64,000 nucleotides of DNA from Octopus sinensis (lineage: Eukaryota): positions 46,748,001 through 46,812,000 of the forward strand of contig NC_043003.1 of assembly GCF_006345805.1 (NCBI RefSeq). Reading direction: 5' to 3'. Below, in pieces: positions 13,333-26,590 of the stretch. The position numbers and the translations under genes were made by a program. Each line of letters opens with the position of its first letter. The stretch's first letter is position 1. The notes below the pieces were generated by a model. The model was given only the letters and a program-made list of their open reading frames with translations. It made no database searches and was not told the origin of the DNA.

Positions 13333-13504
13333 CATATATACGGCGGGCTTCTTTCAGTTTCCGCCTACCAAATCCACTCACAAGGCTTTGGTCAACCCGA
13401 GGCTATAGTAGAAGACACTTGCCCAAGGTACCACGCAGTGGGAATGAACCCGGAACTATGTGGTTGGTAAGCAAGCTACTAACCACACAGCCACTCCTGC
13501 GCCT
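13101..13504 (-). mobile_element. Family A SINE, full length, young
   Basis: Near-consensus match to the 28610 and 43268 copies. Confidence 0.9.
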
Positions 13505-14840
13505 GATTGCTTATTTTTAGAATGACATTGTAGGGTAGGTGTGTGAAGCCAGATCTAGCCAATTAGGGCATAAAACTAGTACAATATTTGGACTGGATAA
13601 AGCTGGTTTAAATGCTAATGGGTAAGCTATCTTGACAATATTGTTATGACAATTATAATGTTAAAGAACTGGATGATATCGTGTTTACCTATAGCTAAAG
13701 AAGTAAATCTTTTAAATGTTTTAACATTTCACTATCTATCTATCTATTTCGATCTTTCTTATTTGTATTTAAATGTTATTTCATAAATTCTTTCATTTTG
13801 TTTTCATATTTTTACAAGATTTCTATCTAAAAAAAAATCTCAAAGAAAAAAATAATTTTAAAATGTAACGTCGATAAACGGTGGTAGTTACAAATTGACA
13901 GCTTATAACAAATATATCGTAAAAATGTCATGACAGTCGCTTGACTAGCTAAAAGTAGCAGTCAAATTTCCTACAAGTTATATCCTCTCAAAATCACCTT
14001 TGAAAATCATAGCTCAAAATCACCTGTGGAAGGTGATTTTGAACCATATGGCACTTCATATCGCAGTTAAAATGTTATGGCAGTCGCTTGACCTGCTAAA
14101 AATAGCAGTCAAATTTCCTCTGGAATAATCATATTTGTACCTTCATCTACAAAAGAGCTTCGCTGATGTTCAGCCATTTTGTTACGAGTTGTAGAGTTAT
14201 ATTACTTACCATCACAGCCTTATCTTTATATGCTGGTTTTCTGGTTGCTGCTGAAATCTTGCCGAAATGCGGTTATCTCTTATCTTAACAATGAAGATAA
14301 AGAAGGACAAGGAACTAATTAGGAAGTATATAAACATTTGACAGGATTTTGTGTTAGGGAGGTTGGTGAAAAACAAAAGGATGGAAGAAGTGGGGTTTTT
14401 TTTTGTTCTATTTTTTGTTTTGTTTTGTTTTTAATCTGATTGCATTTGGGAGATATTTCAGTCTATTTACTGCTTGTATTACGAAGGTCAAACCTAGATG
14501 TTAGGTAACATTGTATCCAGAAGGTCTCACATGCGCAAAGCATGCTTTCCTGTCTTCTCTGAAACTTCAAATATTAACTTTCAAGAAATAAAATATCAAT
14601 TAATAAATAGTTTCAGTCATTGGACTGCAGTGATTGGCCTTGAGTGATTTTAGGCGATCAACCCGAACCCGGCATTTATTTATAAGTGTGGTACTTATTC
14701 TGTCGGTCTCTTTTACCGAACCGCTATGTGATGGGAACGTAAACAAACCAACAATGGTTGTCAGGTGGCGAGATGCAAACACACACACACACGATGAATG
14801 TTTGACTTCGTTATTCAGTGTTTCCAACCAGCCTCAACGC

Positions 14841-14892
<52 letters not shown>

Positions 14893-14899
14893 TCTTTCT

Positions 14900-15629
14900 A
14901 CTGGAAGCACAAGGCCTGAAATTTTACGGGGGGGGCGACTAGTCGATTACATCGACCCCAGTGTTTTACTGGTACTTGTTTTATCGACTCCCGAAGGATG
15001 AAAGGCAAAGTCGACGTCGGCAGAATTCGAACTCAGAATGTAGCGACGAGCGAAATACCTATTTCTTTATTACCCACAGGGGCTAACCAGAGGGGACAAC
15101 AAGACAGACATAGGTATTAAGTCGATTACATCGACCCCAGTGTTTTACTGGTACTTGTTTTATCGACTCCCGAAGGATGAAAGGCAAAGTCGACGTCGGC
15201 GGAATTCGAACTCAGAACGTAGCGACGAGCGAAATACCGCTATGCATTTCGTCCAGCGTGCTAACGATTCTGCCTGCTCGCTGCCTTAATAATAATAATA
15301 AGAAGAAGAAGAAGAGAAGAGAAGAAGAAGAAGAAGAAGAAGGAGGAGAAGAAGAAGAAGAAGAAGAGAAGAAGAAGAAGAAGAAGAAGAACAACAACAA
15401 CAACAACAACAATAATCTTTTCTACTCAAGGCACAAGACACGAAACTCTTAGGAATGGGACCAGTCGTCTAGATCAACCCCAGTACGCAACTGGTACTTA
15501 ATTTATCGACCCCGAAAGGATGAAAGGCAAGGTCGACCTCGGTGGAATTTAAAGACACATCGTAGCGACAGGCGAAATACCGCTAAGCATCTCGTCCAGC
15601 GCGTTAACCATTCTGCCCGCTCGATGCCT

Positions 15630-15630
<1 letters not shown>
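14900..15630 (-). mobile_element. Family B SINE dimer (14900-15290) and monomer (15415-15630) separated by TAA/GAA/CAA repeats
   Basis: Core motif three times; heads end in CGTGCTAACGATTCTGCCTGCTCGCTGCCTTA and a similar sequence. Confidence 0.85.
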
Positions 15631-15676
<46 letters not shown>

Positions 15677-16479
15677 TAATAAAAATAAAATCTGTTGGTA
15701 TAATTCGAGAGAGATTTGGCTGCTATTTCTAACAGAACGTACAACCAAGTAAATCCTCTATGATGTCTAAAAAGAAATGTGGTTGAGCTAACTATATACC
15801 TCTAGTAGTAAAGAGGCTTCGATTTATGTTTAGCAGACGACTCATTTCCCCGTATTTTTTCGAACGTAGCAGACGCAACATTTATCTATTGGTTTTAGTC
15901 TGGCGCTAGTTGATTAAAATAGAATTTTAGCTCAAACACAAATTGTTTCACTTTTTTCCGCCGCTCTACCGATTCTTTTGATCATTTACAGTTATATATG
16001 TGGTTAATTCTTAACAAAGACCACAATATTTTTTGTGGGGGAATTCATCGATTTAAGTTGACTCCAGAACCTCGTTGGTACTTTCTGTTATCAACGAATC
16101 CCTAAAGAATGAAAAACAAAGCCGAGCTCAACAGAATTCGAATACTTAACTTAGACAACCGAAACAATCATCGGAAAGCATTCTGTCTGCAAATCGACCA
16201 CTTTCTTAACAAGTATTTATGATTTTAATAAACATCTAACTGAATTCTAGTAATAATTGTCGCTAATAGCGACATAAGGACCGATATTTAATAGGAGAGG
16301 GATCTTGTTGGTTCTTGTATATATAAGTGTAACATAATGATGTGTAGTTGCATTAATGCATTAGTGCACGCTGCTGTTGTTTTGCAGGTGGTGGTAGTAG
16401 TTTTGTTGCACTACCTCTGGTCTGTCATGTTTGAGCTGATTTATAGTCAAAGGTTTTCTGAAATCAATTCTAGCGGTGG

Positions 16480-16880
16480 AGTTGATTCCATTACTTAACT
16501 CTCTCATAGGCTATTTTATCAACACCTGAGGGATGACAGGCAAACTTCACACCTCGGTAAGATTTAAACTCAGAACGTAAAAAATCAGAACCAATTCCGT
16601 AAGACATTTTGTCCAACGCGGTAACGATTTTACTAATTTACCGCTTCTAACTATTTCTAACTAGGCACACTGCCAGAAGTTTGGCGATCTAGAGTCGGTC
16701 TAATTGAGTAACTAGTCGATTAGATCGACGCTAGTATTTGACTGGTACCTTATTTTATCGACTCAAGAAGGACAAAGGGTGAAGTTGATCGCGGCGTGAC
16801 TTAATGTTAAAATGAAAGGGGTCGTAACTAAATACCACAAGACAGTTTACTGCCACGCTAACGGTTCTGCGAATCGACCG
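16480..16880 (-). mobile_element. Two decayed family B SINEs
   Basis: TTTAAACTCAGAACGTAA and ACTGGTACCTTATTTTATCGAC remnants. Confidence 0.6.
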
Positions 16881-17584
16881 CCACTCTTAACGATACAAAT
16901 CATGACTCCTAACCGACATTTAACATTTTAGTAATAACAACCGAATCCATATACTAAAGTGGGGAAATGGCTGTAAGTTCTGAAAAGCCATACTCCCCCG
17001 CAGTAAGCGTTTTTTTTTTACTTTCTTGTTTTTTTTTGAAGTGCGTGACTAACTATTTCATTATGAATAGAATAAGAAGAGTCGAGTAAATAAGAAATCT
17101 TTCAACTAAGCAAATAATTTAAACTAAAATAAATACAAAAAATAACTGTTGCCGACAAGTCTTTAATTTATTGCTTTATTATAATATTACAGTTTCTTTG
17201 ATTCCGAGATTTTCGTTTGAGTTTTAAAAGCTTTTCAAGTTATTTAGCTGAGTACATTTGAATATTTTATATATTTATTTTTCAAATGGGAAAATAATTT
17301 CAATTAATTCCCAGCAAAAGATTTAAAAGTAAGTGGTTGTCTTGTTCTACTCTCTTCAGTGCTTCAATAGAAAGGAAAAAATAAAAAAATAAAAGAAAAA
17401 TAAAAACAAATTACATAACATTAATTGCTTGATGTTTAAGTTAACATTACAAGAAGAGGAATCGCCGTGGCCGAGTAAAATGAAAATGTTTATCTCTTCA
17501 CTGAAGTTGTCATGAGATCGCATCATACTTTGTTCCTAGTAAAATATGTTTTGCTTTGAACTGGACAACTCTGGTTCTAAATTA

Positions 17585-17800
17585 ACGCGGTAAACTGACC
17601 GAATCGTTGGCACGACGGGTAGAATACTTAGCGGCATTTTTCGTCCGTCTTTACGTTCTGAGTTCAAATCTCGCCGAGGTCAACTTTGCCTTTCGTTCTT
17701 TCGGGATCGATAAAATATGTACCAGTTGAATACTAGGATGGATGTAACCGACCTATCCCCTCCCCCAAAACGTCAGGCCTTGTACCTTTAGTAGAAAGGG
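17585..17800 (+). mobile_element. Family B SINE
   Basis: GAATCGTTGGCACG...TTACGTTCTGAGTTCAAATC...CAACTTTGCCTTTCG...GGCCTTGTACCT. Confidence 0.8.
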
Positions 17801-18958
17801 TTATCTGGTAGTAAATTAAGTACTAGATAAAGGAAACGTCTCGGTGGTAATCAAGGTCTATAAGAGTATGGGGATGTCGGTTGGTATATTGGTCTGGGGT
17901 TCTAAGAATCAAAGAAGACTTGTAACTACCTGCTAAGTCCCTCCCTAAGAAGACAAAAAAAGAAGGAAAAAGAAAACACAGCTCCCTTGAATTTTGAACC
18001 AACTCCTTCTTCCGGAGCTGGAAGGCAGCTTTACTAAATTTCTCTTTGCGGCCCGTATAGTTGGGGAAACTGATTTAATAAGAAAGAGGCATACTTTATT
18101 TTTATTTAGTAGAAGGTGAGTAGAAGGTGAGTAGTAGTAGTTGTAGTTGTTGTTGTAACTGTTACTGCCGCTCTCGTCGTCGTCATCATCAATGTTTTCT
18201 CATACCATGTCAACGCTGGGGCTACGTAACAACAGCCATAGCAATAACCAAAAGGTAGAACCATGGTCATTGGAATTCCAGAAGTGAACGACACGCAGGA
18301 GCTAGATTATCTCATGTGTTCGTTTCTTTGTTGAAGAGAGTGAGGGAGCAATCTAAGGGACATTTAGTTGCTATATCTAGCAGATACAGTGACCAATTTG
18401 ATGTACCTGCTCATTCATGAATCGTGATGTTTGCGCTGGATGAATAAAGTACTACAGGGTTTGCTCGCGTATTTTGAGTTCACATTTGCTTTCCCAGGTT
18501 ACTTTGCTACAAAGGAGGTGGTGCCAGAATTTCAAGTAAACCTCTACGTGGTCAGTAGAAACCGTAGCCAAATTTCATTCAAATCATACCCTACTATCTT
18601 AAATAATGACATGTTACATAACGCAGTTTTGTGTTCCTTGTACATAAGCAAAAGCCGGACGGTTCTGTACGAATGAGTTATTTAAAAAAGTATTTGAAGA
18701 CATATCTATTAGCTATATCCGTGACCCTGTTGAGAGATGCATTTTACGGCTGAGTGATTTGCGAGTTGTTTTGTGAATAAAAGTCATCTGTTCTTTATGA
18801 AATTTTGTTTCCCTTGTTTTGGAAAAAAGTATCTGCCTGTGCGCGTGCGTGCGTAATACAAACAGTAGTTTGTATTTCTTTAGAATTTTTTCTAACATAT
18901 ATACAAGGAAATATTTTTGAGCTTATTTACACATACGCATGTACACACACACATACAC

Positions 18959-18997
<39 letters not shown>

Positions 18998-19247
18998 AAA
19001 ATGCCACAACACCAGCTCGCTAACCAATCCTAAACAAATAAATAGCACACCGTCCCATCTATACTTACAAGAAATACAAACACCACATTACAAAAACAAC
19101 TAATCAAGAAATATAAATACACTTCTAATCCTGCGTTGTAACAATTCTCGCCTGAAGATCGCAGAGACGTGAAACTCTCAATTTCAGTTTCAATAAAGAA
19201 AAATCTTGTTCGTCCCACAAAAAATTCAACGTGTGAATTATATAATT

Positions 19248-19308
<61 letters not shown>

Positions 19309-19679
19309 GTATATATATATGGTGGTGGTAATAGTGGTAGTAGTTTTGTTGCACTACCCCGGGCCTATCATGTTCGAGCTGATTTATAGTCAAAGGTTTA
19401 TTGGCTAAACTGGCAACATGACCATTCTTAAATACAACATGTTTTCTGAGAGGTTTTAGGGGTAAACTGGCAAAAAAAATCAGGAATAAAGCTAACGTGT
19501 GTACCCCAACACAGTCTTTCAGTTTGTCGCTCCCAACCCGAGGGCTCAAGCCTATAAAAACTTATACGCCAGACTCAAAAGAACTACTCCACCACCAACA
19601 CCAGGGCCGACCGTCATCCCCTTGCCTCTCTCCAGATACTCTTCTGATATAATATGTAAAAGGTATAGTATCTTTTATA

Positions 19680-19928
19680 TTTTCCTTGTTTCAGTCATGG
19701 GACTACGGCCAGCGACTGAAATCAAACCTACCTTGACGGATTTAGTCGAACAAACCGGCCCCTGTACTGATTTTGAGTCTTGTACTTATTTTATTATCAG
19801 ACTCTTTTACCGAACCCTTGAGTTACAGGCACGTAAACAAACCAACACCGGTTGTCAATCGGTAGTTGGGGACAAACACAAACAATAGTATGTACATACA
19901 TATTTATATATAGATATATACATGAGTG

Positions 19929-19959
<31 letters not shown>

Positions 19960-20247
19960 ATGTGTGTGTGTGTGTGTGTTCACGCGCACGTGTGTATGTT
20001 TAAAGGTGGTGCCCCAGTATAGGTGCAGTAAAATGACTGAAACAAGTAAAAGAATAGTAATAAATAAATATAGTAGGCGCAGGAGTAGCTGTGTGGCTGT
20101 AGCTTGCTTAGAACCCACATGGGTCCGGGTTCATTCCCACTGCGTGGCACCTTGGGCAAGTGTCTTCTACTACAGCCTCGGGCCGACCAAAGCTTTGTGA
20201 GTGGATTTGATAGACAGAAACTGAAAGAAGCCTGTCGTATATATGTA

Positions 20248-20312
<65 letters not shown>

Positions 20313-20730
20313 GTGTGTGTATATGTTTGGTGTCTGTGTTTGTCCCCACCAACATCGCTTGACAACAGATGGTGGTGTGTTTACGTCCCCGTAACTGAGC
20401 GATTCGGCAAAAGAGACTGATAGAATAAGTACTAGGCTTACAAAGAATAAGTCCTGGGGTCGATTTGCTCGACTAAAGGCGGTGCTCCAGCATGACCGCA
20501 ATCAAATGACTGAAACAAGTAAAAGAGTAAAAGAGTAAAGATTATACATATCTATATATGTTGTATATGTGGGGGGTTGGGTGTATACGTTGGGCTTCTT
20601 TTAGTTTCCGTCTACCAAATCCACTCACAAGGCCCATAGTAGAATATACTTGCTCTAGCTGCCACACAGTGGAACTGAACCCGAAACCATGTGGTTGGGA
20701 AGCAAGCTACTTCCAACACAGCCATGCATG
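19680..20730. mobile_element. Nested family A SINEs: minus copy split at its microsatellite by a full plus copy (20073-20531) and a plus tail (19983-20055)
   Basis: Minus tail half 19680-19890 and minus head half 20590-20730 flank plus-strand copies. Confidence 0.8.
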
Positions 20731-20899
20731 TGTATCTATATTATTTATCCTATGCTCTGAACATTTTCAAATCTGTAGACAATAATTTGAGATAAAATCG
20801 GCGGGTGACTATGTAGCTTGTTTAATAACTACTTCACACACACACACACACACATACAAGACACATGCACACACATGCACGCGCACATACAGCTATGAT

Positions 20900-21324
20900 C
20901 CTATTTCTTTTTATTACCCACAAGGGACTAAACATAGAGGGGACAAACAAGGACAGACAAAGGGATTAAGTCGATTACACCGACTCCAGTGCGTAACTGG
21001 TACTTAGTTTATCAACCTCGAAAGGATGAAAAGCAAAGCTGACCTCGGCGGAATTTGAACTCAGAACGTAGCGGCAGACGAAATACCTATTTCTTTACTA
21101 CCCACAAGGGACTAAACACAGAGAGGACAAACAAGGACAGACAAACGGATTAAGTCGATTATATTGATCCCAGTGCGTAACTGGTACTTATTTAATTGAC
21201 CCCGAAAGGATGAAAGGCAAAGTCGACCTCGGCGGAATTTGAACTCAGAACGACGTAACGGCAGACGAAATACCGCTAAGCATTTCGCCCGGCGTGCTGA
21301 CGTTTCTGCCAGCTCGCCGCCTTA
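20900..21324 (-). mobile_element. Family B SINE with two tandem core+linker units
   Basis: CTATTTCTTT..TACCCACAAGGGACTAAACA..GAG.GGACAAACAAGGACAGACAAA.GGATTAAGTCGATT repeated about 185 bp apart. Confidence 0.9.
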
Positions 21325-23112
21325 TAAACAGCTATTCTTCTGCTGTAGGGCACTCCATTGCCATCATTAAAAGCAACACCAAACCTAACTTGCACACCAA
21401 GACGAATAATTACCCTTAAAGATTCCCACACTCACTGCACGGTCTCTACCCTTCATCAGGCTTCGTCAGATATGATTGTGATCACCAGGTGATCACTATC
21501 ACAGTCACATGTGTATAATTAATAATGCTGATTTGGCTGATGTCAAAGGTTAAAGTCATTGGAGATATTATAATATTTAAATGTAATTTGATGTGAAAGA
21601 ACATCGTTTACCGCTGAAGATGGACTAATTGAGAACTTAGTGAGAGCAAGCGTGTGTGAGAGAGAGCGTGAGTGTGTGAATGTGAGAGTGTGTGAATATG
21701 AGAGTGTGTGAATGTGAGAGTGTGTGAATGTGAGAGTTATTGATCGTGAATGTGTGTGCGTACGTGTGTGTATGTGTAAATGTGAATGTTATGTGAATGT
21801 ATATATTCATGCTGTGTGAATATACTTTTATCTACAACTGATTTCTAGTTGTGCCTAATGCATATTTAAATCTGTCTATGTATGTCTGTGTGTATTACTC
21901 GTGATGAGTGATTATAACCACGTGCCATATACACCCACACACACATGCATACACATACAAACATATATATATATATATATGCGTGTGCGTATCTGCGCAC
22001 ACATATGTGCGTATACAGACAGGCATACGGATACATACAGATATATACACATACATACATACATACATACAGACATACATACATACATACATACATACAT
22101 ACATACATACATACGTACGTACATACATACATACATACATACATGCATGCATGCATTCATACATAGACAGGTAGGTGGATAGGTAGGTAGGTAGGTAGGT
22201 AGGTAGGTAGGTAGGTAGGTAGGTAGGTATTAGGGTACTTTTTTTAATTCTTTCCAACCCACCAAAGTTTTTCAAATGTTCGCCAGATCTTTGTCAAATT
22301 TTCTACACCCGCGTAGTTTTGCCTGCTGCTGACGAAATCTTTTCTAAAAATCATTAATAAAAAACAGTTACAAGCCTTAAAGTTATGTAATTTCAACTAA
22401 TCTGAAGCTTCAGTTGCCAATATACCGGAAGTCACATATTGTCTGTTTCCATGGGAAACAGCACATAAATAAGGATAGGACTACGAAGACGAAACTTCTA
22501 CGCTGTCACTCGGCCTGCAAGAAATAGTAGCCAAATATTCCTTAAATTACCCTATAACGTCTTAACGATTAGAACAAAACGATCGTTTCCACGCTTGAAG
22601 CCGGCCCAAGTGCTTTATATGTTTGAATCCTATTAATAATATTTAAATTAAAGTCAGTCTCCTCAGACGTAACCTTTTATTGAACTCACAAACTTTAAAA
22701 ATAATAACATTTACTGTGCATCATAGATCGATTCTAAATGTACTGTCTTTTTTTTATGATAAAATTCTAAACAAAATTTAAAAGAAAAAGGTGGCGGTGG
22801 TGGTAGAGAAAGAACCGGTTATCAATGCAGTTGTTGTATGAAATGTAGTGTTGGTCCCCACCAACATCATTGCCATCAACATCATCGTCATCAACACTAG
22901 ACTTTGTACAATAACAACATTGGTAATCAATTCTCTATTATCACCCCTTCCTTTTCCTTTTGAACTTTGATTCTAATTTTATCATAACAGAGGAAGTACA
23001 TTCAATATCGATCTGTGTTGCCCAGTAAGTGTTTGAAGGGTCACCAGTTCAATAAAAAGCTTACATCCGGGGATGGTTGACTTTAATTTACATGCTGCTA
23101 TAATACCATCTT

Positions 23113-23414
23113 GTGGAGGCCCATGGTCTAGTGGTTAGAGCAGCGGACTCGCAGTCGAGAGATCGCGGGTTCGAATCTCAGACCGGGCGATGTGTGTGTT
23201 TATGAGCGCAACATCTAAGCTCCAAGCGGCTCCGGCAGAAGGTAATAGCGAACTTCTGCTGACTCTTTCGCCACAATTTTCTCTTGCTCTTTCCTCCTGC
23301 ATCTTGCAGCTCACCTGCGACGGACCGGTGTCCCGTCCAGATGGAGAACCTTTACGCCAATGAAACCGGGAAACCGGCCCTATGAGCCAGGCGTGGCTCG
23401 AGAAGGAACAAACA
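23113..23414 (+). mobile_element. tRNA-derived SINE family C, tail type 1 (V-domain-like segment)
   Basis: A box TGGTCTAGTGG, B box GGTTCGAATC; GACGGACCGGTGTCCCGTCCAG segment; 13-bp TSD ATAATACCATCTT (23100-23112, 23415-23427). Confidence 0.9.
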
Positions 23415-23586
23415 ATAATACCATCTTACTGCGTTAAGTACGTGAAATGATGCATCATATAATGTAGTTTGATAATCTTGTGCTAAACAAGCAAGAAACC
23501 ATAGCCCTTACTCGCAAGCGAGTATTATTTAGTAGTATGTACCACACTTTCGCTAATTCTTTAAGGTGCCAATGTATCCTCTTGGC

Positions 23587-24347
23587 CAGCGGTTCTCAGC
23601 CATTTTTTTTTACCTATAAATCCCTTTGATTACTATTTTATTCTGGTGGACCTCCATAACATTCAATGTTTAAAAACTAGTTTTCTAGATACTTCTTTCA
23701 AAATTCCTACTTTGTTTTTCGCACATTAACTTGTGTAGGTTCAACTATGTAAAATTAATTAGAAAGAAACATAGTCGTTTCTTTCAATAAATACATCTAA
23801 AACAAATTTTTCATGCACCTTTAAATATACTACAGTGGATTCCCAATTTACTATTTTGGTTCTATTGACCCCAGCGCTGGATTAACCATTAAGCAAAATA
23901 AGTGCGTGCTTAGGGCATCAAGGGAAGAAGGAGGCACCACAGAAATGGTAAACGGTTTACGACGCAAAAGAAATCACTTTAAACTTGCTAAAATAATATT
24001 CGTGATTCCTTTATCACTACTAAGTATAGATTCAGATTTATTAACTAAGATTAATTTTGAGGATCTGATCAAAGACTTCGCAATTCAAAAAAGTAGGAGG
24101 GAACTTTTCAAATATAAATAAAGTGGAAGTATACAAAAATAATGCAAAAAATTATTTTTCCTCTTACTGTTTTGTTTCGTTTTGAAAAATAACAATTATT
24201 TTATGGTTTGTTATTGTTTATATTTTGAATTACATAATCTTTTATGGGGGCACCAAAATCTTTTAAGTGCTTAGGGCCTCGATGGGTCTTAATCCGGCCC
24301 TGATGGTCTCCCAAAAATCTTATATGGACCCCGGTTGAGAATCATTG
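23587..24347. mobile_element. Non-autonomous hAT-like MITE
   Basis: TIR CAG(C/T)GGTTCTCA(G/A)CC / GGTTGAGAATCATTG; near-identical 8-bp TSD CTCTTGGC / CTCTAGGC; same family at 29359 and 50979. Confidence 0.8.
23872..24302 (+). mobile_element. Internally deleted hAT element nested in the MITE, retaining the transposase C-terminus
   Basis: TIR CAGCGCTGGATTAA / TTAATCCGGCCCTG; peptide SLLSIDSDLLTKINFEDLIKDFAIQKSRR resembles the end of hAT dimerisation domains. Confidence 0.75.
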
Positions 24348-25234
24348 CTCTAGGCTCTCCCACTCTTAGACCAGCGGAACGTCTGGGATGCGACAGCTAA
24401 ATGGAGTGTATCAGGACAATTATCTCCACCGGACAATTAGCCCCACCTCCTCATAGGAAAATTCCCCCGACGACAGCTACCTCCTCGGAGAATTACCCGC
24501 CTTGTTTGATTACTCCCTCCCCAGTATATTAAGAAGTTTTAAATCATCATCTGTTGTCCTCGGGGGTAAATGTCCTTGGGGCAGGGTAAATGTCCTAGAT
24601 TTAAATGGAGAAAGGGCTGCACAGCGCTGCATTGCGCTGTACTAACACTCAGTTTGGTACTCATTTCAGTTGAGCAGATGTGAATTGAGAACCAGCGTAA
24701 TATGAAATATTTTGCTCAAGTACACAATGTGCCACCCGCCCCAGAAATCAAATCCACGACGTTTATGAGTGTACTATGATCGCTGTTAGTCATTAGACCA
24801 CGCGTCTTTTAGTCTGCTCTACATTATATAGTTACAAAGGACAAAAAAAGGAAAAAAAGACGACCGGAGAGTCACGAATGGAATGTTTCAATCGTAGATC
24901 TGCTTAATTAAATACAACGACAAAACAATAGCGACAACAACAATAATAGCAACAATCCTACGCCTTAAACTTCGAATACTGAGAAACATAGAAGAAAGCA
25001 AGCTGCAGTAAGATGACTGTAAAACGTCTTTACAAAATATTGAAGAAAGAAGATTGACTCTCTATTATCTATACATGGAGATACGACTATCGTGCAAAGA
25101 TAACATTTAAATACATGGGTAAATAAGATAATTAAATATGTATATTAGATATGCATACTTGTGGCCTCATATACATAAATATATATATACTTCTATGTTT
25201 GTGGGCGGATAGAGTGTATATACTTATATAAATA

Positions 25235-25269
<35 letters not shown>

Positions 25270-25313
25270 GCGCATGTACCTACGTGTGTGTGCCTATATG
25301 TATGTATGTACCT

Positions 25314-25376
<63 letters not shown>

Positions 25377-25485
25377 CGTATACACATAAATATATATACA
25401 TATGTGAGTGTGCATTTCTTTGTAATTTTATATACAAAATTTTATGGATGTAACTGAGAAAAAATATTTACTTATACGTGTGTGT

Positions 25486-25528
<43 letters not shown>

Positions 25529-25549
25529 TGACAGAGAAAGGAAGAGAGG

Positions 25550-25585
<36 letters not shown>

Positions 25586-25755
25586 GTGACGGCTCGAAGG
25601 TAGTCAGGAAAATGTGTATGTTTGTAAACTTCCCACTTAGAAAAGTTAGTAGTGTACGTGAGTGGGTACAAGTAAATAAATATAGAGCTATGAATGTTTG
25701 GATTGCGGACAGAAGAGTTTCACCCGTTCACCTTGCTCCCGTTTACACTCTCCCA

Positions 25756-25826
<71 letters not shown>

Positions 25827-25890
25827 GTATCTATCTCACATTTCCATTCTGTTTCTATTAAACTCGTTTTCCCCCAGCTCTCTCTTTCTA

Positions 25891-25965
<75 letters not shown>

Positions 25966-26553
25966 CCCTGTCTATCTATCTATCTATGTCACGCTCTCCT
26001 CATGTACAACCCTTCACTCAATCTCACATGCAAACAACACAACTGCTTTGTTAAATTCTTCAACCCAATTCTATCGCCCCTTCTTTACTTGTTCGCCTCT
26101 CTGTCTGTCGCTTTCTCCCTCACACATATATGCACTCAGACACACATACCTACATACACGCACACATACACATACACACACCTCAAACACCCTTACATCA
26201 ATACATCTCAGTCAGAAACCCCTTTCAGACATGCAGTTTACTAACGACGTTCACTCCTGTAGCTGGCGCCCTTTCTCACTCTCTTATATAACCTTCCTTT
26301 CTTTAAAAGTCCCCGTTCTTCCATCATTCCCCTTTATCCATCTTCTTTCCTTTTTTTTCTCCTCCTCCACCCTTGTTTAAATTCTCGAGAGCTTCACACT
26401 GAAAACTTCTGGGTTTCCCGTATTTTGTTGTTTGACCCTCAACAATACTACAGGTGTTTGTACATGACAGTTTAATAATTGGCTTTTCTCGTCCGTTTTC
26501 TAGGTTTCAATGTTCCTGGTACACATCTACACATCTACAAACACACACACACA

Positions 26554-26590
<37 letters not shown>

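Noticed and set aside
14210-14250. 41-nt minus-strand exon (ATRKPAYKDKAVM)
   Set aside because: Good donor but weak acceptor; no partner exons or homology.
18498-18535. 38-nt + strand exon (GYFATKEVVPEFQ)
   Set aside because: Weak donor, and its end phase is incompatible with the 33163 and 33722 exons.
19145-19190. Hammerhead remnant CTGAAGA..GAAAC
   Set aside because: Core words are present but stems I-III do not pair; possibly a decayed PLE terminus, not supportable as a ribozyme.
16392-19400. 70-bp segment shared by 16392-16458 and 19338-19400 as a local duplication
   Set aside because: More simply two decayed copies of a dispersed repeat tail.
21440-21475. Minus-strand CTGATGAAGGG hammerhead start
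   Set aside because: No downstream GAAA or stem III.
23113-23190. tRNA genes at SINE heads (also 6025, 27057, 38040, 44843)
   Set aside because: A/B boxes are present but there is no complete acceptor stem, and each continues into a SINE body, often within a TSD.
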